A DNA stretch of 64,000 nucleotides. Origin: Macrostomum lignano. Its lineage: Eukaryota. Below the pieces are notes generated by a model. That model ran no database searches, was not told the origin of the DNA, and saw only the letters and a program-made list of their open reading frames with translations. Position numbers and translations under genes: made by a program. Below are positions 36,691 to 48,412 of this stretch, in pieces (positions within the stretch are counted from its first letter, which is position 1; every line of letters starts with the position of its first letter). The stretch is from assembly GCA_002269645.1 (NCBI GenBank), contig NIVC01000889.1, positions 124,001-188,000 on the forward strand, given 5' to 3'.

Positions 36691-37719
36691 TAGTCATACG
36701 CAAAAGTACTTTGTGTCCGTTTAATAAATTTGCTTTTTTCGACTCCTTTTGGAGAATTGATAGCCTAAAAAATGTAGAATAACCCAGGACGTCAGTGCAT
36801 TGAAGATGTGCGGCTGCTGATGATGTCCTACCGCAGATCCCCCTGTCCTAATAGAGCTTACCATGCCAGAATCAAAAAATGCATCTGCATATTGTAAAGT
36901 ACAGCTTGTGGGCTTGCATGACAGACTGGATTCTGGGCCACGGCAGTTCAGATTGCAAGGCTTCCATGAGGCTCCTAGTCAACTGACTGCAGACTAACTG
37001 TAGATATACATGAGAAGCAGCATGCATGATCTTGTATTCAAATCTTCGATGACTGGAGCTTCTTGAATGAAAAGCTGTCAGATGCAGGACAGGTGAGTTA
37101 TAAGCGACAAGGCTGTGAGCAAGGTATATTGAAGGCTTGCGACATCAATTTTAATCTTTCCATCGCTGTTTGCAAGCACGCTGGTTGGTCACGCAAAGAT
37201 TGGGACACGGGAAGTCTGGGTTTCATTGGGGATCTGCCGGATGTTTTGAGAGTTTAGGGAGGATTTGCTAGTTGATCGCATCTGAAGTTAGACTATGGAA
37301 TGTTGAGCATACTGAGTACTGAATTTCACTTGCTGACTATATATAGCTCGCATGTGCCGAACTCAAACGTACCAGTAGCAAAAATTTAGATGATGCTGCA
37401 TTGACGCACAGAATGACGGCTCAATTCAGTCGCTACAAACATGCACGCACGCGTCTGTATCCTTGTTTAATAAAAATTTATATTTATGAAGTTCATCAAT
37501 GCGTGCTTCTCTTGTTCTTCTATGGTTCAGGAAAAATTTATTGACCCTGGCTATTGTGCATGTACATTTATTCTAGATCAAAAACAATTTTAAATGTATT
37601 TGGACACCTCAGTGATTATTTTAAGATACAGCCATCTCAAGGTCTCCGATGCACCTGTTGGCTGTCTCAGGGTGTTTGAGAATCTGAGAGAGCCACAGAG
37701 AGTTCTCAGGGAGTAGACA

Positions 37720-38010
37720 CATCAGGTGTAGTTTAACTCGCATCAGGTGTAGCTTAACTCACATCAGGTGTAGTTTAACTCGCATCAGGTGTAGCTTAAC
37801 TCACATCAGGTGTAGCTTAACTCACATCAGGTGTAGTTTAACTCGCATCAGGTGCAGTTTAACTCGAATCAGGTGTAGCTTAACTCACATCAGGTGTAGT
37901 TTAACTCGCATCAGGTGCAGTTTAACTCGAATCAGGTGTAGCTTAACTCACATCAGGTGTAGTTTAACTCGCATCAGGTGCAGTTTAACTCGAATCAGGT
38001 GTAGTTTAAC
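37720..38010. repeat. 21-bp minisatellite (CATCAGGTGTAGTTTAACTCG)n
   Basis: Direct reading; shares the TCAGGTGT core with the 1455 and 4243 arrays. Confidence 0.92.
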
Positions 38011-38030
38011 CAAGGACCTATAGATCAGCC

Positions 38031-38173
38031 AACGACACGAACTGGACAGATGACCCTCTGGTAGGACAAATGGCACTATGTGGATAAAGGAATGACACGA
38101 ACTGGACAGATGACCCTCTGGTTGGACAAATGGCACTATGTGGATAAAGGAATGACACGAACTGGACAGATGT
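38031..38173. repeat. 60-bp tandem duplication (~2.4 copies)
   Basis: ACACGAACTGGACAGATG recurs at 60-bp spacing three times. Confidence 0.85.
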
Positions 38174-39723
38174 CCTGGCCGAAGAAGTTATATTATAAAA
38201 ATATTAAGTTTCAGTTCGATATGCAAGTAGTGGACATAGGACCCGAGAAAGGTGTAGGTATACGAGTATAAAGTAAAAAATGGAAGCTAAAGAACAATAT
38301 TAAAATTTATTAAATTTTGATATTAAACAATGTTACGACTATATTTGTTTTAATACACCACAATTTAATGCACCGTTACTTACAGAATTTTACAAAATAA
38401 AATTTTATTAGCATTATTAAAGTATTTTTACTACTTAACTACTGCAGTACGAATAGTAAAATAAAATATAATAAAATATAAAAAATATAAAAATGTAATA
38501 AAATATCACAATTTAATAAAATACGAGCTATAAAAAATATAAAAAATATAAAAAAATATAATTAAATATAATAAAGTACAATAAATTGTAGTAAAATACA
38601 ATAAAATAAGATAAAATAAAATAAAATATAATAAAAGAACACAAACTGCCAGTTAAAAGTCCGACCACGCGTTGGCGGCTCACCAAAAAAATCGCACGTG
38701 CATGCTGCCTCCTCGGGAAGGTTTTTCTCCTTTAGGTGACAGGCAAACCATGGCCGGCCACCAGCATTCTTTCCCGTTCGGCCAATATGTGCAAACAAAG
38801 TCGCCCTGCTCGCGCCTCTTTCCGGCCGGTTTCTCGCCTGTGACACTTGGCACTGCTGCTTGCAGATTGTTGGCAACCTAAATTGGGCGGAAGGTTTGAC
38901 GGCTCTTTTATTTACTTTTCTGTGATTAATCTAATAATAATAATGAAAAATTTTTTTAACATTCAAATCACCTGGCCAGTCGACACTACAACTGTTTTTA
39001 TAAGTACGTCGCTGCCCGCCATTCGGTAGCGGTCTGCATGCATTTGGCATGCATCACGTGTAATTTATCATTTCTGATATTAGGGATAATAAAGATTAAA
39101 GACATTCTTTGTTGGTGTAGTGTAAATAATTTATATAACTAAATATACCGCATAAAACGATAAGAAATATCCATAAATATCCCTCGCTTGTCGATTGCAA
39201 ACCAGCTAGGTCACAATAATAAGAACGGAAGATATCGCTGAATCGCAGTGATAACTAAGTCTACCTCTAGGTCTACTGAAGTGAAACGAAGGCGCCGTTA
39301 GCAAGAGGATGGGAGAAATCAGCCGACACGCGCGTGATGCGTGAACAAGCATCCAGCCTTGGCAGCAACTCCCAGATGCACAAGATCTGCATGCCTAAAA
39401 ATAGTCCTGATGATCGGCGAGCAAGAAGCCCAGCCATGCGACCCTCGCGTGATGCATGCACAACCTCTGACCGACACTGCCTATTGGGCCTCGAAATCCC
39501 ACTCTCTCCCCATACTGCTCCTATTCCTCGTTGCTCGCGTACAGTGTGCTAGCTTATAAAATATACTGATTGAAGAGGAAAGATCCTCGCCTGAAGTTTG
39601 AGAATGTGACTCTAGAGATCACACAGAGAAAGTTACCATCGAAGTCCATTGTTCGTTGTCTTCCTGAACTGTTGGCAGAAGGAAACGATTATAATATGGG
39701 AAAAACCCGTATAAATTGTCGTT

Positions 39724-39942
39724 TCACTACATGTACCTCGGCGGTCTGATTCCCGGCATCCGCGATGATTTGCAGCGTCGCCGCGGGCTTGCCTGGGCTG
39801 CCTTTCGTTCTGTGAGGGCAGTCCTGCAGTCCGAGGCCTTACCTGACCGCCAGAGGGCGGCGTTGTTCCGACGGTGATCGAAACGGTCCTGTTATACAAC
39901 GCCGAGACCTGGACGCTGACGGAGTCGCTCGAGCAACAAGTT
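39724..39942 (+). mobile_element. Fragment of an RTE-like non-LTR retrotransposon (region downstream of RT), frameshifted
   Basis: Translates as YMYLGGLIPGIRDDLQRRRGLAWAAFRSVRAVLQSEALPDRQRAALF / TVIETVLLYNAETWTLTESLEQQV, matching the YLG..AW.AF..LLYGxETWTL signature. Confidence 0.75.
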
Positions 39943-40668
39943 CATTCTCAGGGTGCTCAGCCCAGTCTAGAATCTAGTCTAGAAGTCATTGAGTTTAACC
40001 ATCATCAGGTGCAGTTTAACATAACCAGGTGTGCAACTTTGCGATAATATCACCTGCTGATTTCATGCCTCTGAATATAATTACTTGATTATATGTAACT
40101 AGATTAATTTGGAGGATAGCTATTATCTCGGTAGCATGAACTGCTCACTCGATTACAAAATTACTGATAGCCAGTTCGATACATTCGTCACGCTTGTTGC
40201 AGCAAGGCGTTTGAAGCAAACCAGAAAGCGGCGGTACAAAAGCGTACTAATTTGCTTTTCGTTGAACGTCGGCTCTTTTATTCGTTTAATAGCACTAAAT
40301 ATTACTTATATACGGGCGTATTTAAAGTACACCGAATCACCTAAAGTAGATTGAGACATTTAAAACAGACAGAGTCCTTTGAATTACACGCATATACATT
40401 TAAAGCAGACAGAAAAGTAAACTGGGCCGAGTCCGTAAAGTTGACCGAGACATTTAAAGTAGATAAAGTCATAGAGACATTTATCTAAAGTAGATCGAGT
40501 CCTTTAAATTACAGGGATACATTCAAAGCAGACAGACATTTAAAGTAGACATATTAAAACAGATCGACTCGTTAAAATCAAAAGCGAGCCAAGGAGAAAT
40601 GTGGTACTCAAGCTAGGATGAGTCACCCGAATCCCGAATGGAGGTGACCTCACTAGCTATTCATCGGG

Positions 40669-42354
40669 TCACTCGGTACGGAACGAGTCGCCTCTGTCGC
40701 CGAACCTGTCGCTCCTGATTGGCTGTCGCCGGGTGCGCCGGTCGGGTGGCCCCAGCGCCGCCAGCCGCACGAGTTCGGCGCCGCCAAGCCGCCGCCGCTG
40801 CAGCCTGCGGCAGACGATGCGCAGCAGAGCGCGCCGGAACGAGCGCAGAGCGAAGCAGTAGAGCAGGAAGTTCAAGCAGAAGCTGAGGCTCTGCATGCAG
40901 TTGGTGACAGCCTCGATGCGTCTGTACAGCCGGTTGCCTTCTAGGCTGAACGAAGCAACGTAGCTGGCGTTGTGCGAGTGCTCAGAACAGCTCAACAGCG
41001 AGTAGAGCTTCAGGGTCTCACTTGGAGCCACCAGAACGAGGAACATGACCACGATGCAGACGAGGGTGATGGTTAGGGTTGTACTTTTGTCGCCTGAAAA
41101 GTGTCAGTGTGCGAGTAAGTTAAAAAAATGTGACCCTCTGCGGGGTCTGCGGGGTAGGGAGGGAATGCGGCTCTGTGTGTAAAGCCTGCGGGGTAGGGAG
41201 GGAATGCGGCTCTGTGTGTACAGCCTGCGGGGTAGGGAGAGAATGCGACTCTGTGTGTACAGCCTGCGGGTAGGGAGGGAATGCGGCACTGTGTGTACAG
41301 CCTGCGGGGTAGGGAGGGAATGCGGCACTGTGTGTGTACAGCCTGCGGGGTAGGGAGGGAATGCGGCTCTGTGTGTATATCCTGCGGGGTGGGGAGGGAA
41401 TGCGGCTCTGTGTGTACATCCTGCGGGGTAGGGAGGGAATGAGGCCCTCTCTGTATACAGTCTGCTCCTCCCGGTAGGTCCGCTACTATAAGAGCAAGAA
41501 TCGCGGCCAAAGTTGCCAGCCAATCAATATCAGTCACGTGACCAGCAAACATCTCTAACCCCTCCGCGCAACTCACTGGAACTCTGCATCTGCGGCAGGC
41601 TTATCGCAGTGGACGAAGCCAAGCGTGCAGGAGGCATCATCTGCCGCCGCATGCCGAGGGCTCGCTTAACGCTAATGAACAGCCGAGCGTTGCAGTACAG
41701 CAGCACCGCCAACGGCAGAAAGTTGCCAATTGCGGCCCAGAGCGCCCTGTAGGCCGTGTCAATCACGTGATTAACAATGGCCACTCGCTCAACGTAAAAC
41801 AGCTTTGCGTGGCGCCCAGTGGAGTTTCCAGGGGGCTGCAGGCAGGCTACGGACTTGTTGCCCCACAGCAGCGGCAAATTGAACGCAGTTGAGAATGCAA
41901 ACGCAGCCGCCACGGAAGCCTTGGTGCGGCGCAGGCTCAGGCGCCGTCTGGCTGCCAGCGGGTGGCAAACGGCGACGTAGCGCTCGGTGGCCAGCACGAC
42001 TGTGAGCAGCGTTGAGGTCATGATGAAGGTGCTGATCACCGCGGCGTTCGCCCTGCGATACAGGTGCGCCGGGCCGTTGCGACTCTCCGAGAGGTCTGGC
42101 GCGAAAGCGAACGGAAATGCGGTGATGCAGAAGAGCAGATCGCTGGTTGCCAAGGCGACCAGGCCGTTGTTGGCGCTGCGCTCGTGCGGACCGAGGGAAC
42201 GGCGCATGGCTCGGTCGGTGAGCACCAGCAGGTTGAATGAGTTGCCCACGATGCCGCAGAGGCTGATGGGCAGCACGGCGAGCTCGCTGGCCGCGATCAC
42301 CGGGTCGCCGTTGACTGCGTGCGGGTCCGGACAGCGGCTGGCGTTTGGCTGCAT
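40669..42354 (-). CDS. Rhodopsin-class peptide GPCR, FMRFamide-receptor/srw-like (2 exons, ~400 aa)
   Basis: Exon 41577-42354 (GIVGNSFNLLVL, LVALATSDLLFC, TVVLATERYVAVCHPL, FNLP, GNFLPLAVLLYCN; donor A|GTGAGT) and exon 40669-41093 (SDKSTTLTITLVCIVVMFLVLVAPSE .. TNCMQSLSFCLNFLLYCFALRSFRR); phase-1 join. Confidence 0.92.
41138..41445. repeat. ~39-bp intronic minisatellite (GTAGGGAGGGAATGCGGCTCTGTGTGTACAGCCTGCGGG)n
   Basis: Direct reading. Confidence 0.9.
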
Positions 42355-44249
42355 CGGACTGGCGGAGCTGAGGGATGTTGAATGGAGTCTGGGACGCCGC
42401 TGAGTAGATGAAGCTCAGTTTGAGTCTGGAAAGCAGCTGAGTAGATGAAGCTCAGTGTGAGTCTGGGGAGCAGCTGAGTAGATGAAGCTGAGTAGCCTGA
42501 TATCCAGACGTCTTGCTCAGCTCACCACAGCCAATGGCGTGAGAGCAGACATGCGGAGGCATGTGAGGTGGCCTAGCTCAGTCTTGAGTATTTGGCGGCT
42601 CAATTAAAAAAATCCTTGCCTTCCCGGCTCTGTCTTCTCGGTGCCAAGTTGGTCCTGACGTGTGCGCCTCCCGAGTCTATTTTATGAAGTAGGAATTAAA
42701 TGAGAAACAATGCTAAGAAGTGGCCACACCTTCAACTGGCAATTGGCTGCGTTGCTTTTTTGAGATTTTCAATCAATTGTCCCTCAGACTGTTGCTTCGA
42801 GCCACTACTTTTGCACTTTTAGCTGGGAACGGCGAGCCTGCAGCTCCGCTCCCAGTCAATTATTTTCTACTACTCTCTGCAGATTAAAGTCGGCTTTTAG
42901 CCTTCCTCATGTCTTAGTGCTCCCAATTAGCCATTGCTTGACACCTGCGTCTACTCATGGACGGCTTAAACTAGAGATCTGGATTGGAAACAGGTGTAAA
43001 AAGACAAAACACACAGTCATTTTGAATATTTCTTCAGCTAAATCAAACTGTTTGAAGTATATTTCATTTTTGTAGTCTTACAGTATAGTTCGAGGTAGAA
43101 GATTGAAAATTTTCTAGGCAATCCCAAAATAATGTCAACTTTATTTTAGCGAGACAAAAGTCAGTTCTCTGATTGCAGCAGAAGAGGAATCTAAAATTCT
43201 TTTAAAGTTGTAGACAAATAAAAACATTCTTAATTTCTAGTGCTGGTTTCCTTCTGTTCTGTCTTTGTTTATCGGTTGATGGAGCCTCATAAAACAGTCC
43301 CAGATCGAAGTCACACAACTGGCGAATTCCGATTGTAGAGAATGACCTCGGATCATCCCTTAGATTTATTGCTATATGCTGGTCCGCAGAAGTTTGCCTG
43401 GCAACAAGAAAAATCTTATTGAATTCCTATTCAGCTCTGATTGGGAAACAGAGCTGAGTTGAGACTGGCGGGGACTAAGTCAGGATTTACTGCATCAATG
43501 ACAATCTGTGGCACCAACTCTGCTCCAAATTTTAATTTCACTTTTATATAAGACAGATAAACGAGTTCTGCGCAAATGTTTGCTAAATTTTTAGCTAGTA
43601 GTTTTAAAGCTTCTATTTGATTGAAACTATTTTTAGATAACTTACTGCATTCAAATTTCATCTCCATGCCTTAACTAAAGCATTGTTGGACTTCATGAGC
43701 GAGTCTGGAAGCAAATTTAAGCAACAATACGCTTTCATTGATTCAGTTCATCTGCGCGCTTGTGCTGCCGAGCGTCTGTGGCAGCACCGACTCGCATGTT
43801 TACTGAATCTTTTAAGTACGTGTTGTTGAGACTAAAAGGGAGAGGGGAAGATGATGGGGAGAAAGGAAAAGGGTAAGAGGGAGAGGGGGAGAGGGAGAGA
43901 GGGGAGAGGAGGAGAGAGGAGAGAGGAGAGAGGATGGAGAGGAGAGAGGATGGAGAGGAGAGAGGATGGAGAGAGACCGAAATTCAGTCGAAGGAAGCCC
44001 ATCATCGGCTAGTGCTCAGAATCCAGAAGCGGATGTTAGCTGAATCCGCTTTAAAAATGAAGCCAATTTTGAGATGCTGACAAAATTGATTTCTCAGAAC
44101 AAAAGCTACACTAAACTGCAATAGAAAAGATGCTGTGCGCTTAAAACTGAGCAGGCTGCAGTCCACCCTACCACCCGTTCACGACACTGAGAGGGAGGCT
44201 TCAGGGCAAGCCTTGCTGCAATCCAGACTCTGGGTCAAGATCGCCATGG

Positions 44250-45645
44250 CTACAACGAGGAGCCACTCGCCGCCAGCAGCGCCAGCCGCTGTCGCAGCTG
44301 TTCCACCTCGCGCTCCGAGCGCGCCTCCGCCTCGCGCAATTCGCGCAACCGGCGCAGCTGAAGCGCGCGCGCTGCGGCCATGCTCGCCATTTCTAGCGCC
44401 GCTTCGGCGCGAGCCTGTCTGGACCAGAGCAGCCGCTGTTGCTGGCGGAGCGCCCCAGCAGCCCGCGCCGCTGCGAGCGCCGTGCGCCTATTCAGATCTT
44501 CGCGCGCTTCCAGCAGCGCCGAATCGAAGCGCGCCAACTGGTCGGCCGCGGCGCCAGCAGTGGCGCCTTCGATTTGCAAGAGGCGCTGGCGGCGGCGCAG
44601 CTGCTTTGCCTGGCTTTTGCGCAGCGCCTCGATGCGTAGTGCATCGCGCCTCGCGCCATATTTGGCGCGCAGCTCGGCCAGCTCGATGAGGTGGCGCTTG
44701 CGCAGCGCCCAGGCCGCCTGCCGCTGCTCCAGCAGCCGGTCAAAGCGCGCCGACTCTGCCGCCTCTCGAGCTTCGGCTTGGCGCCGCTCTGCAGCGCGCC
44801 GGGCAGCGCGCGTCGCCGCCTCGGTTGACAGCTGGCGCCGAAGCCGCTGCCGGGCCGCCGTTTTCGCCTCCTCGTCGGGGGCATTGTCGGTCTTGGCGAC
44901 GCCGTTTCGCAGAGAATTGGGCCGACTTTTTTCTCTCTTTTTGTCGGAATCCGTCTGGGCTGCCGCTGCGGCGGTGGTGGCTTCGGCGACCTCCTGACAA
45001 CCCCGCCGACTCAGCCGTCGCAGCTGGGCCGCCGCCTCCGCAGTCTGGCGCCGCGTCTGCTGCGCCTGGCGCCGTCGGAGGCGCTCTTCTCGTCGGCGCT
45101 GCTCCTGGCAGAGGCGCCTCTGGGCTTTCAGCTCCGCCAGGCTGAGGATTGGTTTGGAAGTTGGGATAAATATCCCAATAGATTGGGGGTCTGTTTGGGA
45201 GAATGAGTGGGACTTAGGGATAATTATCCTAATAAATGGAGATTGAAGAGATAATTATATAGAAGTGTCGCGTAAGGAATTAATGAATTAATTATTTTGA
45301 AAATTCATCGCGCACTTTTAAATTGGTACTTATAGTAGACCAATACGAAACCGCTATGGCAGCATAGAATTTTCTGCTCAGCAATAAAACCCGGCTGGCT
45401 GTTTTACTTTGCCAGACGTGACGCAAATCTGCTTGGCGCCAAAAAAACTCAATTTCATTTCGTTTGGCGACATTGAAGAACATTGAAGACGGCGTTTCTA
45501 AGAAAGCAAGGGGATTTTGCTATATTTTTCCGATGTGACAGTCTGCGCAGTTGACAGCCGAACATGGGAATTCATTCCTTTGCTTCTGACAGCTGCTGGC
45601 TTTTTGATAGGAGTGCTGACGGTCCTCAGAATTTAGGAGACAGTC

Positions 45646-45692
<47 letters not shown>

Positions 45693-45769
45693 AAGACAGA
45701 CAGAAAGACAGACAGACAGACAGACAGGCAGGCAGACAGGCAGACAGACAGACAGACAGACAGACAGAA

Positions 45770-45804
<35 letters not shown>

Positions 45805-45901
45805 TAGACAGACAGACAGACAGAAAGACAGACAGAAAGACAGACAGACAGACAGACAGGCAGGCAGACAGGCAGACAGACAGACAGACAGACAGACAGA
45901 A

Positions 45902-45936
<35 letters not shown>

Positions 45937-47528
45937 GACAGAAAGCAGCTCGCAGCTAAAATATGCAGTGTGCAGCACTTTCTGCAACAGCATAGAAAAT
46001 CTGTCTTCCCTCTGCTTGCGGGGCCGCAGCAACTCCCCCTCCCACTGATTGCAGATTTGGTGCCAAGAGCGGGAAGGGCGAGAGAATGCCAGAGGCAGTG
46101 ATGGATATGCATCGAATTCCAATGGCCCGGTCGAGCCTCGGAAAGGCAAATTGGTAGAATCAGAGAGGCGGGAAAGTTTCCCACTGAAGGGGATTGCGTA
46201 GCCCCCGTGAGAGAATTCACCACTTAAATAATCCCACCGCCGGCCCCACAAAGAAAGAGAGTTGGTCGGATTCGCGAGAAAATCCCAACAAATGATGTTT
46301 TATGGTGCTGGGAAATGGTGCTATGTAAATTGAATAAGGCAAAGCTATTAGACTTTTCCCACAACTTCTATCAAATTCTTTTTGGTACTTTCTGTGCCAA
46401 CAGCAACCGCCATATCAGTCACACCAGTAATAGATGTCACGGCTCAGTCACGGCTCAGTCACGGCTCAGTCACGGCTCAGTCACGGCTCAGTCACGGCTC
46501 AGTCACGGCTCAGTCACGGCTCAGTCATGGCTCAGTCACGGCTCAGTCACGGCTCAGTCATGGCTCAGTCACGGCTCAGGCACGGCTCAGTCACAACTGG
46601 CTCAGTCACGGCTCAGTCACGACTCAGTCACAACTGGCTCAGTCACGGCTCAGTCACGGCTCAGTCACAACTGGCTCAGTCACGGCTCAGTCACGGCTCA
46701 GTCACGGCTCAGTCACGGCTCAGTCACGGCTCAGTCACGGCTCAGTCACGGCTCAGTCACGGCTCAGTCAGCAGTGTCACAGCACAGTCAGCAGTGTCAC
46801 AGCACAGTCAGCAGTGTCACAGCACAGTCAGCAGTGTTACAGCACAGTCAGCAGTGTCACAGCACAGTCAGCAGTGTCACAGCACAGTCAGCAGTGTCAC
46901 AGCACAGTCAGCAGTGTCACAGCAGTGTCACAGCACAGTCAGAAGTGTCACAGCACAGTCAGCAGTGTCACAGCACAGTCAGCAGTGTCACAGCAGTGTC
47001 AGCAGTGTCACAGCACAGTCAGCAGTGTCACAGCACAGTCAGCAGTGTCACAGCACAGTCAGCAGTCAGTGTCTAAGCACAGTCAGCAGTCAGTGTCTCA
47101 GCAGTGACTCCTCACCGCTCCTTATGCAGCTGCTTGGCGATGCCGCAGCAGTTCGCCGCTTCCCAGGCGTCGGTGGCGGCCTCCACCGTCCAGTCCAGTC
47201 CTGGTGTCAGCAGTGGCTCCTCGCTGGCGGCCGCAGCAGCTTCCGCCTCGGCCGCAGCCGCGGCAGCCGCCGCCTCTTTCGCTGCCGCCTCGCTCGCCAG
47301 CTCAGAGGAGTCCAGAGTCGACACTGCCCGTCTCGGCGGCAGCTTCGGCGGCTGCAGCCGGTTTGGGTTGTACTTGTAGGCCGCTGCGATCAAGTCGTTG
47401 TGGTTGCTGAGCGAGCGGCTCATTCGCATTGACGGTGGCTGCGGCTGCGGCTGTGGTGGCAGCGGCGGTGGCTGTGGTGGCACCGGCGCAAGTGGCAGCC
47501 GCTTCTGCTTGGCAGCAGTCAGTCCCAT
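44250..47528 (-). CDS. Hypothetical Ala/Arg/Glu-rich coiled-coil protein (2 exons, ~434 aa)
   Basis: Exon 47116-47528 (MGLTAAKQKRL..QLHKE, donor CG|GTGAGG) joins in phase 2 to exon 44250-45141 (acceptor CCTCAG|). The latter is open for 297 codons of heptad-like sequence (RLAELKAQRRLCQEQRRREERLRRRQ..LRKRHLIELAELRAKY..EVEQLRQRLALL). No family recognised. Confidence 0.7.
45644..45942. repeat. (GACA)n microsatellite
   Basis: Direct reading. Confidence 0.95.
46436..47104. repeat. Adjacent 11-bp (GGCTCAGTCAC)n and 20-bp (CAGCAGTGTCACAGCACAGT)n arrays sharing a CAGTCA core
   Basis: The period switches from 11 to 20 near 46765; the array abuts the donor at 47115. Confidence 0.92.
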
Positions 47529-48412
47529 GGTTACAAGAAGGTCGAATAAGCTTCAGTGTTGATGATAGAGTAATGCTAAATATATTTAGGCACCCCCAGA
47601 TACTGTGGCGTCCAATCAGAGTTGCGTGTACTTATTCGCGTAGTTACATCGATGGGAAAAGCTTTGCAAGAGTAAGTGGTGTTATAGGAATGCTACCAAG
47701 GACAAAGGTACCTTTTAGTGGTTCTAGGGAGAAAGGTAGAGGGGAGAGGGGGACAGGGGAGAGAGGAAGAGAGGGAGAGAGGGAAGAGAGGGGGAGAGAG
47801 GGGGAGAGAGGGGGAGAGAGGGGAGAGAGGGGAGAGAGGGGAGAGGGGGAGAGGGGGAGAGAGGGGGAGAGGGAGAGAGAGAAGAGAGTTTCCATCCCGA
47901 GAGCAGTGGTCAACAAGTGTGGCTGCTTTAATTCAGCTCAAGCCACACTCTCCACTCTCACCTCACCCGCCTAAGCCAGGGCCTTCTGGCAAAAATTGCA
48001 TCGCACACAGTTGAGACAGGAACAGGGGCGTTTCAGAGAAGAAACGCCATGTTTCTTGGTAGCTACACACTTTTTAACGTCCTTTGAAACACACAGGTAT
48101 GAGCATATATGCCTCTGTAAGTAGTAACACTAGGTCTTCTATAATCAAGCCAATTATCTTATATTTTAGTCAATTATATAGGCCAGAACTAATGCTGGAA
48201 GAGATGCAATTTTTTTGTATAAAAATAGAATAATCAATTGTTTTGTTAAGCTAAGCACTTGGGCGCTTCCAAAAATCATTTAGGGAAAGATTTACTTCGT
48301 CATTGAAGTATTTTAGAAAATATCTTTGCTTGAAATAAATTAAAGATTAAAGACATTATCTCATTAGTGCAGAAGTCATTTGGACTTCTAAATCGATTGC
48401 CGAGGCGAATCG

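Noticed and set aside
45520-46251. VCLS/TDRQ ORFs here and at 62466-63644, and RV/ES/HS ORFs at 57687-58334
   Set aside because: Translations of (GACA)n and hexamer microsatellites inside introns.
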